From a virus, in IMG/VR virus record IMGVR_UViG_3300045988_064749: a DNA stretch of 45,508 nucleotides; one strand, 5' to 3'. Both the position numbers and the translations under genes were made by a program. Below, piece after piece: positions 33,319 to 40,946 of this stretch. The notes below the pieces were generated by a model, which was not told the origin of the DNA, made no database searches, and saw nothing but the letters and a program-made list of their open reading frames with translations. Numbering within the stretch: position 1 is the stretch's first letter; every line of letters begins with the position of its first letter.

Positions 33319-33852
33319 ATGTATATCAGTAGAGAAAATGAAAAATTGTATTTGCGTCCGCTTGATTTTAATATGTGTCGTATTATGACGCAATTAGCGA
33401 AGATCGTAAAAAATAACGGCGGTAAAGTAAAGCCTATTAGAAATGCTTTTGTTTGTGATAGAGCTTTAGAAAATTCTAAATTTATACAAGTAACCCATAC
33501 AACATATATTTGTTTTATTTATGATGAAACGGCCTTTTATTTCCAGATTGATCAAAACCCGTTTTTCTCGTTCTATTACACTAAAACGCCCGTTAAAAAT
33601 GGGAAATTTTCAAAAGACGCTTGCCTTGATGAATTTACAAAAAAGTGGCTATTTGATTGTCTTTGGAAGTCAGAAGTACCAGACGCAATTATTAAACAGG
33701 CCGCACAAATTATTTTTGAAGAGCTTGTGAAAGCACGATTTTCCATAATCCGTCGAGATAGTCACCGGGAAAAAGTTCCTAACACATTTTCCCCCGGCTG
33801 GCATTGGGAAACAATTTACAACCCGGAACGATGGGAAAAAGTAGATTTTTAG
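33319..33852 (+). CDS. Hypothetical protein.
   Basis: AAGGAGG RBS. The gene is visibly AT-rich. Confidence 0.6.
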   Translation: MYISRENEKLYLRPLDFNMCRIMTQLAKIVKNNGGKVKPIRNAFVCDRALENSKFIQVTHTTYICFIYDETAFYFQIDQNPFFSFYYTKTPVKNGKFSKDACLDEFTKKWLFDCLWKSEVPDAIIKQAAQIIFEELVKARFSIIRRDSHREKVPNTFSPGWHWETIYNPERWEKVDF

Positions 33853-33864
33853 GAGGGTTTGAAA

Positions 33865-34221
33865 ATGAGGGCTTACACATGGACGGAAAACGGCTTTACT
33901 TTCAAGCGGATAAACAAAAAACAAGCACGACAGGCATATAACAACGGTTTAACGGTTCGTTTCTGCCCTTGCAATTTGCGCCCCGGTTCGGTTTTTCGGC
34001 TTGATATGGATATGAACAAAATACAAGAGAATTGCGCCGGGGCAAGTTTTGACAGACTTGTTAATGTGTTTGAAATGTTTAATTGTAGAGACAGGGAAAC
34101 GGGAAAATATACCGCCTTTTATATCCCGGTTGAAACGGTGGACAGATTTACCGGGGAAAAGCCCACGGCGGGAACATTGGGAACGGTTGAACAATACGCA
34201 TATAGCTATATGGAGGGCTGA
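33865..34221 (+). CDS. Hypothetical protein.
   Basis: AGGAGGG lies 7 nt before ATG 33865. Confidence 0.6.
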   Translation: MRAYTWTENGFTFKRINKKQARQAYNNGLTVRFCPCNLRPGSVFRLDMDMNKIQENCAGASFDRLVNVFEMFNCRDRETGKYTAFYIPVETVDRFTGEKPTAGTLGTVEQYAYSYMEG

Positions 34222-34224
34222 AAA

Positions 34225-34572
34225 ATGAAAAAATACATTTTCAAAACCACTGCTACAATGAAACCATACAATAATAAAAATTGGTGGATTGATGGCGGCA
34301 TTATACCAGTAAAACATATTGAAGCGGAAACGGTGAAAGACGCTTTACAGATTTTCCGGGATATTGTAGACGAACAACATTATATTAGCATTTCCGATAG
34401 AGCATTAAAGAATAAAAACCCCATGTATAGAGATACCGAAACCGGGAACGCTTTACAAGTTGGTTATGTTATTACTGGAAAAACAGAATTTCAAAAGGAT
34501 TCCGGGGAATGGGTTACACAGTATATTGATTTATGGGTTGAAATTATTACCACTGTGGAAACAATCTTTTGA
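34225..34572 (+). CDS. Hypothetical protein.
   Basis: GGAGGG RBS. Confidence 0.6.
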   Translation: MKKYIFKTTATMKPYNNKNWWIDGGIIPVKHIEAETVKDALQIFRDIVDEQHYISISDRALKNKNPMYRDTETGNALQVGYVITGKTEFQKDSGEWVTQYIDLWVEIITTVETIF

Positions 34573-34591
34573 GAGGGGAGGGGGTTATATT

Positions 34592-34885
34592 ATGACTGAT
34601 TACAACAAAATCGCAATGGACAATCTCAACGGCCTAATGCGTGAAATTGCGGAATATTCCCGCATGGCTGAGGAAATAGGCGCAACGCTGGACAGTTTGA
34701 AAGACAGCTTGAAAAAGTACATGGACGAAAACGGGCTTGACAGTATCGCCGGGAATGAACACAAGGCAAGTTATAAAGCCGTTACAAGTTCCCGCATTGA
34801 TACAACGGCATTAAAACGGGATATGCTCGAAATAGCCGCAAAATATACCAAAACGACAGAAACAAGGCGTTTTCTATTCGTGTAA
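34592..34885 (+). CDS. Hypothetical coiled-coil protein.
   Basis: GAGGGGAGGGGG RBS. 97 aa. Confidence 0.55.
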   Translation: MTDYNKIAMDNLNGLMREIAEYSRMAEEIGATLDSLKDSLKKYMDENGLDSIAGNEHKASYKAVTSSRIDTTALKRDMLEIAAKYTKTTETRRFLFV

Positions 34886-34898
34886 AGGAGGGCAAACA

Positions 34899-35098
34899 AT
34901 GTATAAAATGTTTTCGATCTTTCCCCCGCTGAAATGGAGGAATTAAAGCAATCGTATTTTTACCAGTTACAAGACGAAAACCCGGAAATATTGCAAGGTA
35001 TTACAGAAGCCGAACAAATACCAGATGATATTATACAAGAACATTATAACGGCGTTGAGTTTGTAAATGATGATTTCTTTTGTAATATGGAGGGTTAA
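34899..35098 (+). pseudogene. Small acidic protein gene apparently frameshifted near its 5' end.
   Basis: AAGGAGGG plus ATG 34899 opens a 15-codon frame. The conserved-looking body (FDLSPAEMEELKQSYFYQL...DDFFCNMEG) lies in the +1 frame and ends at 35098. A T4 run at 34911-34914 is the likely slip point. An internal ATG occurs at 34934. Confidence 0.4.
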
Positions 35099-35101
35099 AA
35101 A

Positions 35102-35170
35102 ATGGGGTTTGTGATCTTGCTTGTTTTTCCGTTTATGCTCATGGCTGAAATTTTGAAACGAAACAAATAA
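35102..35170 (+). CDS. Possible 22-aa hydrophobic peptide.
   Basis: GGAGGG RBS. Sequence MGFVILLVFPFMLMAEILKRNK. It is followed by a strong terminator. Confidence 0.3.
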   Translation: MGFVILLVFPFMLMAEILKRNK

Positions 35171-35179
35171 TTACATATA

Positions 35180-35205
35180 CCCCGCCTATATTGGGCGGGG
35201 TTTTT
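35180..35205 (+). terminator. Intrinsic terminator.
   Basis: ccccgcc-tatattg-ggcgggg followed by ttttt. Confidence 0.85.
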
Positions 35206-35308
35206 CGTGCCCTCTATAATCGGCCTGTAATGCCCTATAGAAAGCTTTTATATTTGGGGGTATCTCTTTTTACCCCTTGCCCCTTATGCGGCATATATGG
35301 CTTACCAT

Positions 35309-35652
35309 GGGCTTATATATGAGGGCTTTATATAATGAGCTTATATTATACCCTTGTTTTATTTATTATGATCTTGTGTTATGGGCTTGTGTTTTTGCGT
35401 TTCTCTGTTATGATCTTGTGCTATGGTATAGGGTTATATAGAGGGCTTGCGCTATTCTCTATTATGGGCGGGTTGTCCTCCTCGCTATTTTTAGAGTATA
35501 TTCTATTGATAGCGGCGGGGCTTGTGTCAATAGGGTTTGAAAGCTATGTTTTGAAAGTGCTATCACGGTTTTATAATGCTATTGACAGCGGGACAGGCAA
35601 GCCGGGAGCCGGGACAGCTCGCCCCGGAGGGCATACCCCCGGAGGGGGACAG
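35309..35652. repeat. Non-coding repeat block with iteron-like and GC-rich direct repeats.
   Basis: GGGCTT occurs five times (35309, 35323, 35383, 35443, 35518). The 19-nt direct repeat TTATGATCTTGTG(T/C)TATGG occurs at 35366 and 35408. CCCCGGAGGG occurs at 35622 and 35637. GGGACAG occurs at 35590, 35611 and 35646. Confidence 0.7.
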
Positions 35653-35740
35653 CGACCCGGCACAGGAGCCGCAGGGAGTGGCGTGAGTAGCCGAAAAACC
35701 GAAAAAGAAACAAAAAGGATATTTTATTATCTTTTTAGTA

Positions 35741-35769
35741 TTGACAACAATCGTTTCAAATGCTATACT
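35741..35769 (+). promoter_or_regulatory. Consensus promoter for the HTH/invertase operon.
   Basis: TTGACA (35741-35746), 17-nt spacer, TATACT (35764-35769). Confidence 0.65.
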
Positions 35770-35797
35770 AATCCTACAAAGACAACGGAGGTGCATT

Positions 35798-36013
35798 ATG
35801 GTATTAAACAATATCGAACTTGATGTGAAAGTCAAATGCCTTGAATCCAACATGAACCAACTGAACCTTGCTGAGAAAATCGGCACGACAGGTCAGTATG
35901 TCAATCGTATCATCAAGCGCAAGGACGGTCTGTTGAACAAGACCTTTGTTGAGATTATGGAAGCTCTCGGATATGACATCGAATTTACCTATGTGAAGCG
36001 GGGTGAAAAGTAA
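35798..36013 (+). CDS. XRE-family HTH regulator.
   Basis: GGAGGTG RBS. HTH segment: MNQLNLAEKIGTTGQYVNRIIKRKDG. Confidence 0.7.
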   Translation: MVLNNIELDVKVKCLESNMNQLNLAEKIGTTGQYVNRIIKRKDGLLNKTFVEIMEALGYDIEFTYVKRGEK

Positions 36014-36171
36014 TGGGAGTTATTTTAACAAAGAAAGCAAAAAGTAAGATCATAAAAATATTTGAACACCCGAATGAAGTGTATTCGATTTATCTAAAGG
36101 ATTCAGATGATGTTGTCTGGATAGAGGGTAAAGTCAACTTATACGCTTTCCTGCAACAGTTGTCTAATTGA
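36013..36171 (+). CDS. Small hypothetical protein (52 aa).
   Basis: TAATG overlap with the HTH gene. It is below the ORF-track cutoff. Confidence 0.4.
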   Translation: MGVILTKKAKSKIIKIFEHPNEVYSIYLKDSDDVVWIEGKVNLYAFLQQLSN

Positions 36172-36190
36172 AGCGGGGGGAGGTGAGTAC

Positions 36191-36763
36191 ATGAAGGTCG
36201 GTTATGTACGAGTGAGCACCGCAGAACAAAACCCGGCGAGACAGATGGAATTGATGAAATCCCTTGGTGTGGAGAAGATTTATCAAGAGAAGCGCAGTGG
36301 CAAGAACACGGACAGGCCGCAGTTCAACGAAATGCTCTCTTTTCTGCGTGATGGGGACACGCTCTATGTGGAGTCATTTTCCCGCCTGTCCAGAAGCACA
36401 CGAGATTTGCTTTCTACTGTAGCAACGCTGACAGAGCATGGTGTGAATCTTGTGTCGGACAAGGAGAATTTTGACACCAGCACACCACAGGGAAAATTTG
36501 TGCTGACGGTGTTTGCGGCTCTTTCGGAGTTTGAACGGGAAAGCATTTTGGAAAGACAGCGGGAAGGAATTGAAATCGCCAAAGCTGAGGGAAAATACAA
36601 AGGACGCAAACCCATTCCTGCCAACGAAAAGTTCTTCACAGTAGCAAAGGCTTGGGCAGATGGAAAGGTCGCTCTCAAGGACGCAATCCGGGAGTCTGGT
36701 ATGTCCTCGTCCACATTCTTTCGCAAATGCAAGCAGTATGAAATTAGCAGGAGAAGTAGTTAA
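36191..36763 (+). CDS. Small serine recombinase (resolvase/invertase family, Hin/Gin/Pin-like) with a C-terminal HTH.
   Basis: GGGGGGAGGTG RBS. Sequence: MKVGYVRVSTAEQNPARQ...DRLSRS-like (FSRLSRSTRDL)...GRKP... Confidence 0.85.
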   Translation: MKVGYVRVSTAEQNPARQMELMKSLGVEKIYQEKRSGKNTDRPQFNEMLSFLRDGDTLYVESFSRLSRSTRDLLSTVATLTEHGVNLVSDKENFDTSTPQGKFVLTVFAALSEFERESILERQREGIEIAKAEGKYKGRKPIPANEKFFTVAKAWADGKVALKDAIRESGMSSSTFFRKCKQYEISRRSS

Positions 36764-36860
36764 AGTAGTGGAAAATCATGTTTTGCGTATAACTTTTCAT
36801 AGTATGCGCGTATTAAGTAAAAGTTTACGGAAAAACCGAAAAACAACTACTTTAACTACT
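36753..36860. repeat. Palindromic repeat element, copy C.
   Basis: It aligns with copies A and B. Its left arm supplies the recombinase stop codon (TAA 36761-36763). The right arm AACTACTTTAACTACT is the exact complement of the left arm. Confidence 0.85.
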
Positions 36861-36872
36861 TGAGAGGAGTGA

Positions 36873-37454
36873 ATGACCATGGGGCGATATGATAATTTTC
36901 ACAATACCAAGAACATCGAAAAGGCTCAGAAGAAGCTCGACAAGCTTCTGAGCAAGCGCAAGCCCGACCAGTATCAGATTGACTTGGCAAGGGAAGCTCT
37001 TGCCCAAGCGAAGCTGTTTGAGAGCTGTCAGATTTTCAAAAGTTTCAGCGGGTATGCGCCGAACGAGAACATCATGTTCAGTGATGATAACCGTGTGATG
37101 TGGTTTATCAAGTACCTTGTCCCCTATGATGAAATCAGCTCGTACTCCATCGTGGAGAATGTGGTGCAGAAAGCGCAGACGCAAACCAAGAGCCGGGGCG
37201 TTATCTCACGAGCTATTATCGGCGGGGCGATTGCAGGTGGTGTCGGTGCTGTCGTTGGAGCGGCTTCGGCGGGGTCGAAATCTCAAACGACCTACTACAA
37301 CGAGGGCGAGGGCTTTTTCCTGCAAATCTTCACGAAGAACGGCGAACGATATAGCTGTCACATTGAAAGCAACGGGTTTATTGCGAATAAGGTTCACCCG
37401 AAATGGCTTGAGCTTGGAACGAAGTTACAATCCATTATTGACGGGAAGGTATAA
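36873..37454 (+). CDS. Hypothetical protein with a glycine-zipper segment (moron candidate).
   Basis: GAGAGGAG RBS. Contains SRAIIGGAIAGGVGAVVGAASAG. It is bracketed by palindrome C and hairpin R1. Confidence 0.6.
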   Translation: MTMGRYDNFHNTKNIEKAQKKLDKLLSKRKPDQYQIDLAREALAQAKLFESCQIFKSFSGYAPNENIMFSDDNRVMWFIKYLVPYDEISSYSIVENVVQKAQTQTKSRGVISRAIIGGAIAGGVGAVVGAASAGSKSQTTYYNEGEGFFLQIFTKNGERYSCHIESNGFIANKVHPKWLELGTKLQSIIDGKV

Positions 37455-37466
37455 ACCAGATTATTA

Positions 37467-37522
37467 AATGGCGCATGATTGCGAGAGCGTAAAGCTCAAA
37501 CGGTCATGCGCCATTTTCTTTT
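37467..37522 (+). terminator. Structured terminator-like hairpin R1, immediately upstream of terL.
   Basis: aatggcgcatga...tcatgcgccatt forms a 12-bp stem followed by a T-rich run. An inner gagc-gtaaa-gctc stem-loop is present. R1 shares a 17-nt sequence (TGGCGCATGATTGCGAG) with R2. Confidence 0.65.
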
Positions 37523-37532
37523 GGAGGTATTT

Positions 37533-39173
37533 ATGCGAAATCTACTTGATACGATTTATGAAAAAGTGAGGACGGGTCATGCCTATCAATCTATGGAAGA
37601 CCTGTATTACATGAGCAAGGAAGCAATGAAAACCGACACCGCTCTCGCTGTGAAGTTTTTGAAGCTCCTCTCTGCTGAATGTGAGAGAGCCATGCGTGAC
37701 AGGTCTATGTCCGGGGAACAGGTGCGATTGATCTATGACCTGCACAGGAGGGTTTGCCTTACCGCCGCCCCTTACGATTTTGACTGCTATCTGCTCTATG
37801 TGGAATGGAACCGGGAGCCTGACAAGAAGTTTTACCCTCCTCGCCGTAAGGTTTTGAAGCAGGTGGTGGACGCTCTGCAAGAGCTGGCAGACGATAAACT
37901 TGACTTGTTGGCGGTTTCCCTCCCTCCCGGTAGCGGTAAGACCACCCTTGCGATTTTCTACCTCACTTGGCTTGGTGGGAAAATTCCCAATGAACCCATG
38001 CTGACAGGTTCACATTCCAATTCTTTTGTGCGTGGCGTTTATGATGAATGTCTGCGAATTATGGACGAAAACGGCGATTACCTTTGGCATGATGTTTTCC
38101 CCAATGTAAAGGTGTCCAACACTAACGCAAAGGACTGCCGTATTGATCTCGACAAGAGACAGCGTTTTGAAACTTTGGAGTTCACCTCCATCGGAACCGG
38201 CAACGCTGGTCTGTATCGTGCCGCTACCCTGCTCTACTGTGACGATTTGGTGTCTGGTATCGAGGTGGCATTGTCGAAAGAGCGTCTGGACAAGCTGTGG
38301 GAGACCTACACCACGGACTTGAGACAGCGTAAAATCGGAGACCACTGCAAGGAGCTTCACATTGCAACACGGTGGTCTGTCCACGATGTCATTGGGCGGC
38401 TTGAGCGGGAGTATATCGACAGCGATCGGGCAAAGTTCATCGTGATTCCCGCTCTTAACGAGAATGACGAGTCCAATTTTGATTACGCTTACGGTGTCGG
38501 GTTCAGCACGAGTTTCTACCGTGAGCAGAGAAACATCATGGACGATGTGAGCTGGCGAGCATTGTATATGAACGAGCCGATTGAGCGAGAAGGTCTTGTC
38601 TACTCTGAGGACGAGCTTCGCCGTTATTTTGAGCTTCCAAAGGAAGACCCTGACGCAGTTATTGGTATCTGCGACACAAAGGACAAGGGGGCTGACTATG
38701 CTTTCCTGCCGGTGGCCTATGTGTATGGGCATGACTACTATATTGACGATTGCGTTTGTGATAACGGTCTGCCCAATATTGTAGACGCTCGGCTGACGGA
38801 AATCCTTGTCCGAGACAAGGTGAAATCCTGCCGGTTTGAGTCTAATTCCGCAGGTCGGCGAGTTGCCGAGAAGATACAGGAAGAAGTAAAGAAAAAAGGC
38901 GGTATCACTCACATCACCACCAAGTTCACCACTGCCAATAAGGAAACCAAAATCATTGTGAACAGCGCATGGGTTAAGGAGCACTGTTTGTTCAAAGATT
39001 CTTCTCTTTACCAGAGAAAATCTGATTACGGAAAAATGATGGATATGCTCTGTTCCTATACGATGGCGGGTAAAAACAAGCACGATGATGTCCCTGACGG
39101 TATGGCAATGCTGGCAGAATACGCACAAAGTTTGAACGGGCGGAATGTGGAGGTATTTAAGCGTCCATGGTAA
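37533..39173 (+). CDS. terL: Terminase large subunit.
   Basis: GGAGG RBS. Walker A is SLPPGSGKTT. The C-terminal half is nuclease-like. The gene lies upstream of the portal gene. Confidence 0.85.
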   Translation: MRNLLDTIYEKVRTGHAYQSMEDLYYMSKEAMKTDTALAVKFLKLLSAECERAMRDRSMSGEQVRLIYDLHRRVCLTAAPYDFDCYLLYVEWNREPDKKFYPPRRKVLKQVVDALQELADDKLDLLAVSLPPGSGKTTLAIFYLTWLGGKIPNEPMLTGSHSNSFVRGVYDECLRIMDENGDYLWHDVFPNVKVSNTNAKDCRIDLDKRQRFETLEFTSIGTGNAGLYRAATLLYCDDLVSGIEVALSKERLDKLWETYTTDLRQRKIGDHCKELHIATRWSVHDVIGRLEREYIDSDRAKFIVIPALNENDESNFDYAYGVGFSTSFYREQRNIMDDVSWRALYMNEPIEREGLVYSEDELRRYFELPKEDPDAVIGICDTKDKGADYAFLPVAYVYGHDYYIDDCVCDNGLPNIVDARLTEILVRDKVKSCRFESNSAGRRVAEKIQEEVKKKGGITHITTKFTTANKETKIIVNSAWVKEHCLFKDSSLYQRKSDYGKMMDMLCSYTMAGKNKHDDVPDGMAMLAEYAQSLNGRNVEVFKRPW

Positions 39174-39203
39174 TTCACAATTTCCACCAGATTTTCAACA
39201 ATA

Positions 39204-39256
39204 AATTCTTAAAAGAAGAATTATAACTTGACTTTCAAGAATTAAAATGCTATAAT
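39204..39256 (+). promoter_or_regulatory. Operator-like palindrome (39204-39222) abutting a consensus promoter (39228-39256).
   Basis: AATTCTT-aaaag-AAGAATT, then TTGACT, 17-nt spacer, TATAAT. Confidence 0.65.
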
Positions 39257-39283
39257 ATAGGCGAAAAAATATAGTGTGAAGTT

Positions 39284-39336
39284 GGCGCATGATTGCGAGT
39301 ATGGCGAAAGCCCTACAAACAGTCATGCGCCTTTTT
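39284..39336 (+). terminator. Structured terminator-like hairpin R2 in the leader of the portal gene.
   Basis: ggcgcatga...tcatgcgcc forms a 9-bp stem followed by ttttt. An inner ggc-gaaa-gcc stem-loop is present. It lies between the promoter and the portal RBS. Confidence 0.65.
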
Positions 39337-39362
39337 GATTTTTGAGGGAAGGAGGGACAATC

Positions 39363-40826
39363 TTGGGAAATGTAATCGACACTTCCAAGCCGGTGAGCGA
39401 AACCAGACAAATGAGTGGCAGACGGGTTATCAAGTCCAGCGTGAAAGAAATTACGGACGAGAATGTGGTCGCAGTTTTGCAAAAAGCACTTTCCGACCAT
39501 GATTTCAACCGAAGTGAGATTGATTACCTGTGGAATTACTACAAGGGCAAACAGCCGATTTTGAACCGGGTGAAAGATGTCCGTCCCGAAATCTGCAATA
39601 GGATTGTGGAGAACCGGGCGAACGAGATTGTCTCCTTCAAGGTTGGCTATCTCTGCGGTGAGCCGATTCAGTACATTGGCAGAAGCACTGACGAGAGCGT
39701 CACCAAGGGGATTACCGCTCTGAATGAGCTGATGTTCGCAGAGGACAAAGCCACGCAAGACCAAGAGATTGTAGAGTGGCAGATGATCTGCGGAACGGCC
39801 TACCGTCTGGTTCTGCCCGATGAACCCGGCGAGGAAGACGAGTCCCCATTTGAAATGTACACGCTTGACCCCCGTGACACTTTCGTTGTGTATTCCAATG
39901 AAATCGGAAACAAACCGCTGATGGCAGTGAAATACAGCAAAGACGAGAACGAAGTCACACATTATTCGGTCTACACCGAAAATTACTATTGGCTGATTGA
40001 CGGAGACATCATCAACCGAGAGGAGTCCAAACCTCATGCGCTGGATATGATTCCTATTTTTGAGTACCCGGCAAACAATGCTCGGCTTGGTTCTTTTGAA
40101 ATCGTCTTGCCCCTTCTGGACGCAATCAACAATGTGGAGTCTAACCGCATGGACGGTGTAGAGCAGTTTATTCAAGCGTTCTGGAAATTCATTGGTTGCC
40201 ACATTGAGAAGGAGAAGTTCAAGGAATTTCTTGAGGAGGGGGCAATTCTTGTGCCGCCCAACGATAACGGCGGGAACATTGATGTTGATCTCGTGGTGAA
40301 AGAACTAAATCAGGGGCAGACACAGACGCTCAAAGACGATCTGTATAACGCTGTCCTTACTATCTGCGGTATGCCAAACCGCAACGGCGGCAGTTCTACT
40401 TCTGACACTGGTGCGGCGGTGCTTCTGCGTGATGGCTGGTCTCTTGCGGAAGCGAGGGCTAAAGACAGTGAGCATATGTTCAAAAAAGCCGAGAAGAAAA
40501 TGCTCAAACTGGTACTTCGTATCTGTCGTGACCTGTCTGAGAATATCAATCTTCGCTTGAAGGACATCGAGTTGCAGTTCACCAGACGCAATTATGAGAA
40601 CATTCAGAGCAAGTCTCAAGTATTGGTGTCCATGCTACAACAGCCAAAAATTCACCCTCTGCTGGCGTTCCAGCATAGCGGCCTGTTCGTAGACCCTGAG
40701 AGAGCCTACACCCTGAGTATGAATTACTATGAGGAACAGCAGGAAAAACTGGCTCAACAGCAGATGGCGGCGCAAATCAATCCAAACAATTCGGGAAATC
40801 CGAATGGTTCTGAGGAAGACGAATAA
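39363..40826 (+). CDS. Portal protein (SPP1 gp6-like).
   Basis: GGAGGG lies 6 nt before TTG 39363. Contains ...IDYLWNYYKGKQPILNR... The gene follows terL. Confidence 0.8.
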   Translation: MGNVIDTSKPVSETRQMSGRRVIKSSVKEITDENVVAVLQKALSDHDFNRSEIDYLWNYYKGKQPILNRVKDVRPEICNRIVENRANEIVSFKVGYLCGEPIQYIGRSTDESVTKGITALNELMFAEDKATQDQEIVEWQMICGTAYRLVLPDEPGEEDESPFEMYTLDPRDTFVVYSNEIGNKPLMAVKYSKDENEVTHYSVYTENYYWLIDGDIINREESKPHALDMIPIFEYPANNARLGSFEIVLPLLDAINNVESNRMDGVEQFIQAFWKFIGCHIEKEKFKEFLEEGAILVPPNDNGGNIDVDLVVKELNQGQTQTLKDDLYNAVLTICGMPNRNGGSSTSDTGAAVLLRDGWSLAEARAKDSEHMFKKAEKKMLKLVLRICRDLSENINLRLKDIELQFTRRNYENIQSKSQVLVSMLQQPKIHPLLAFQHSGLFVDPERAYTLSMNYYEEQQEKLAQQQMAAQINPNNSGNPNGSEEDE

Positions 40827-40946
40827 TTAAAGCGATTTTCGCTTTGTTATGGTGAGGGAACACCTTAAAACGCAAAAGGGAGACAACCCTTCAAACAGAA
40901 ATCAGTGTAGAGTGAACTACCTATGAAACGCAAGGAGGAAACCAGT

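Noticed and set aside
35335-35823. A 162-aa + strand ORF with a hydrophobic N-terminus and a Gly/Pro-rich middle, crossing the iteron-like block.
   Set aside because: It has no Shine-Dalgarno sequence. Its repeated peptide segments simply mirror the DNA repeats. It also runs through the consensus promoter, RBS and start of the HTH gene. I treat the region as non-coding, but translation is not formally excluded.
40829-40845. A short hairpin (aaagcg-atttt-cgcttt) after the portal gene as a terminator.
   Set aside because: The stem is only 6 bp and AT-rich, with no clear U-run. The scaffold and capsid genes downstream need to be co-expressed with the portal gene. The evidence is too weak to annotate.
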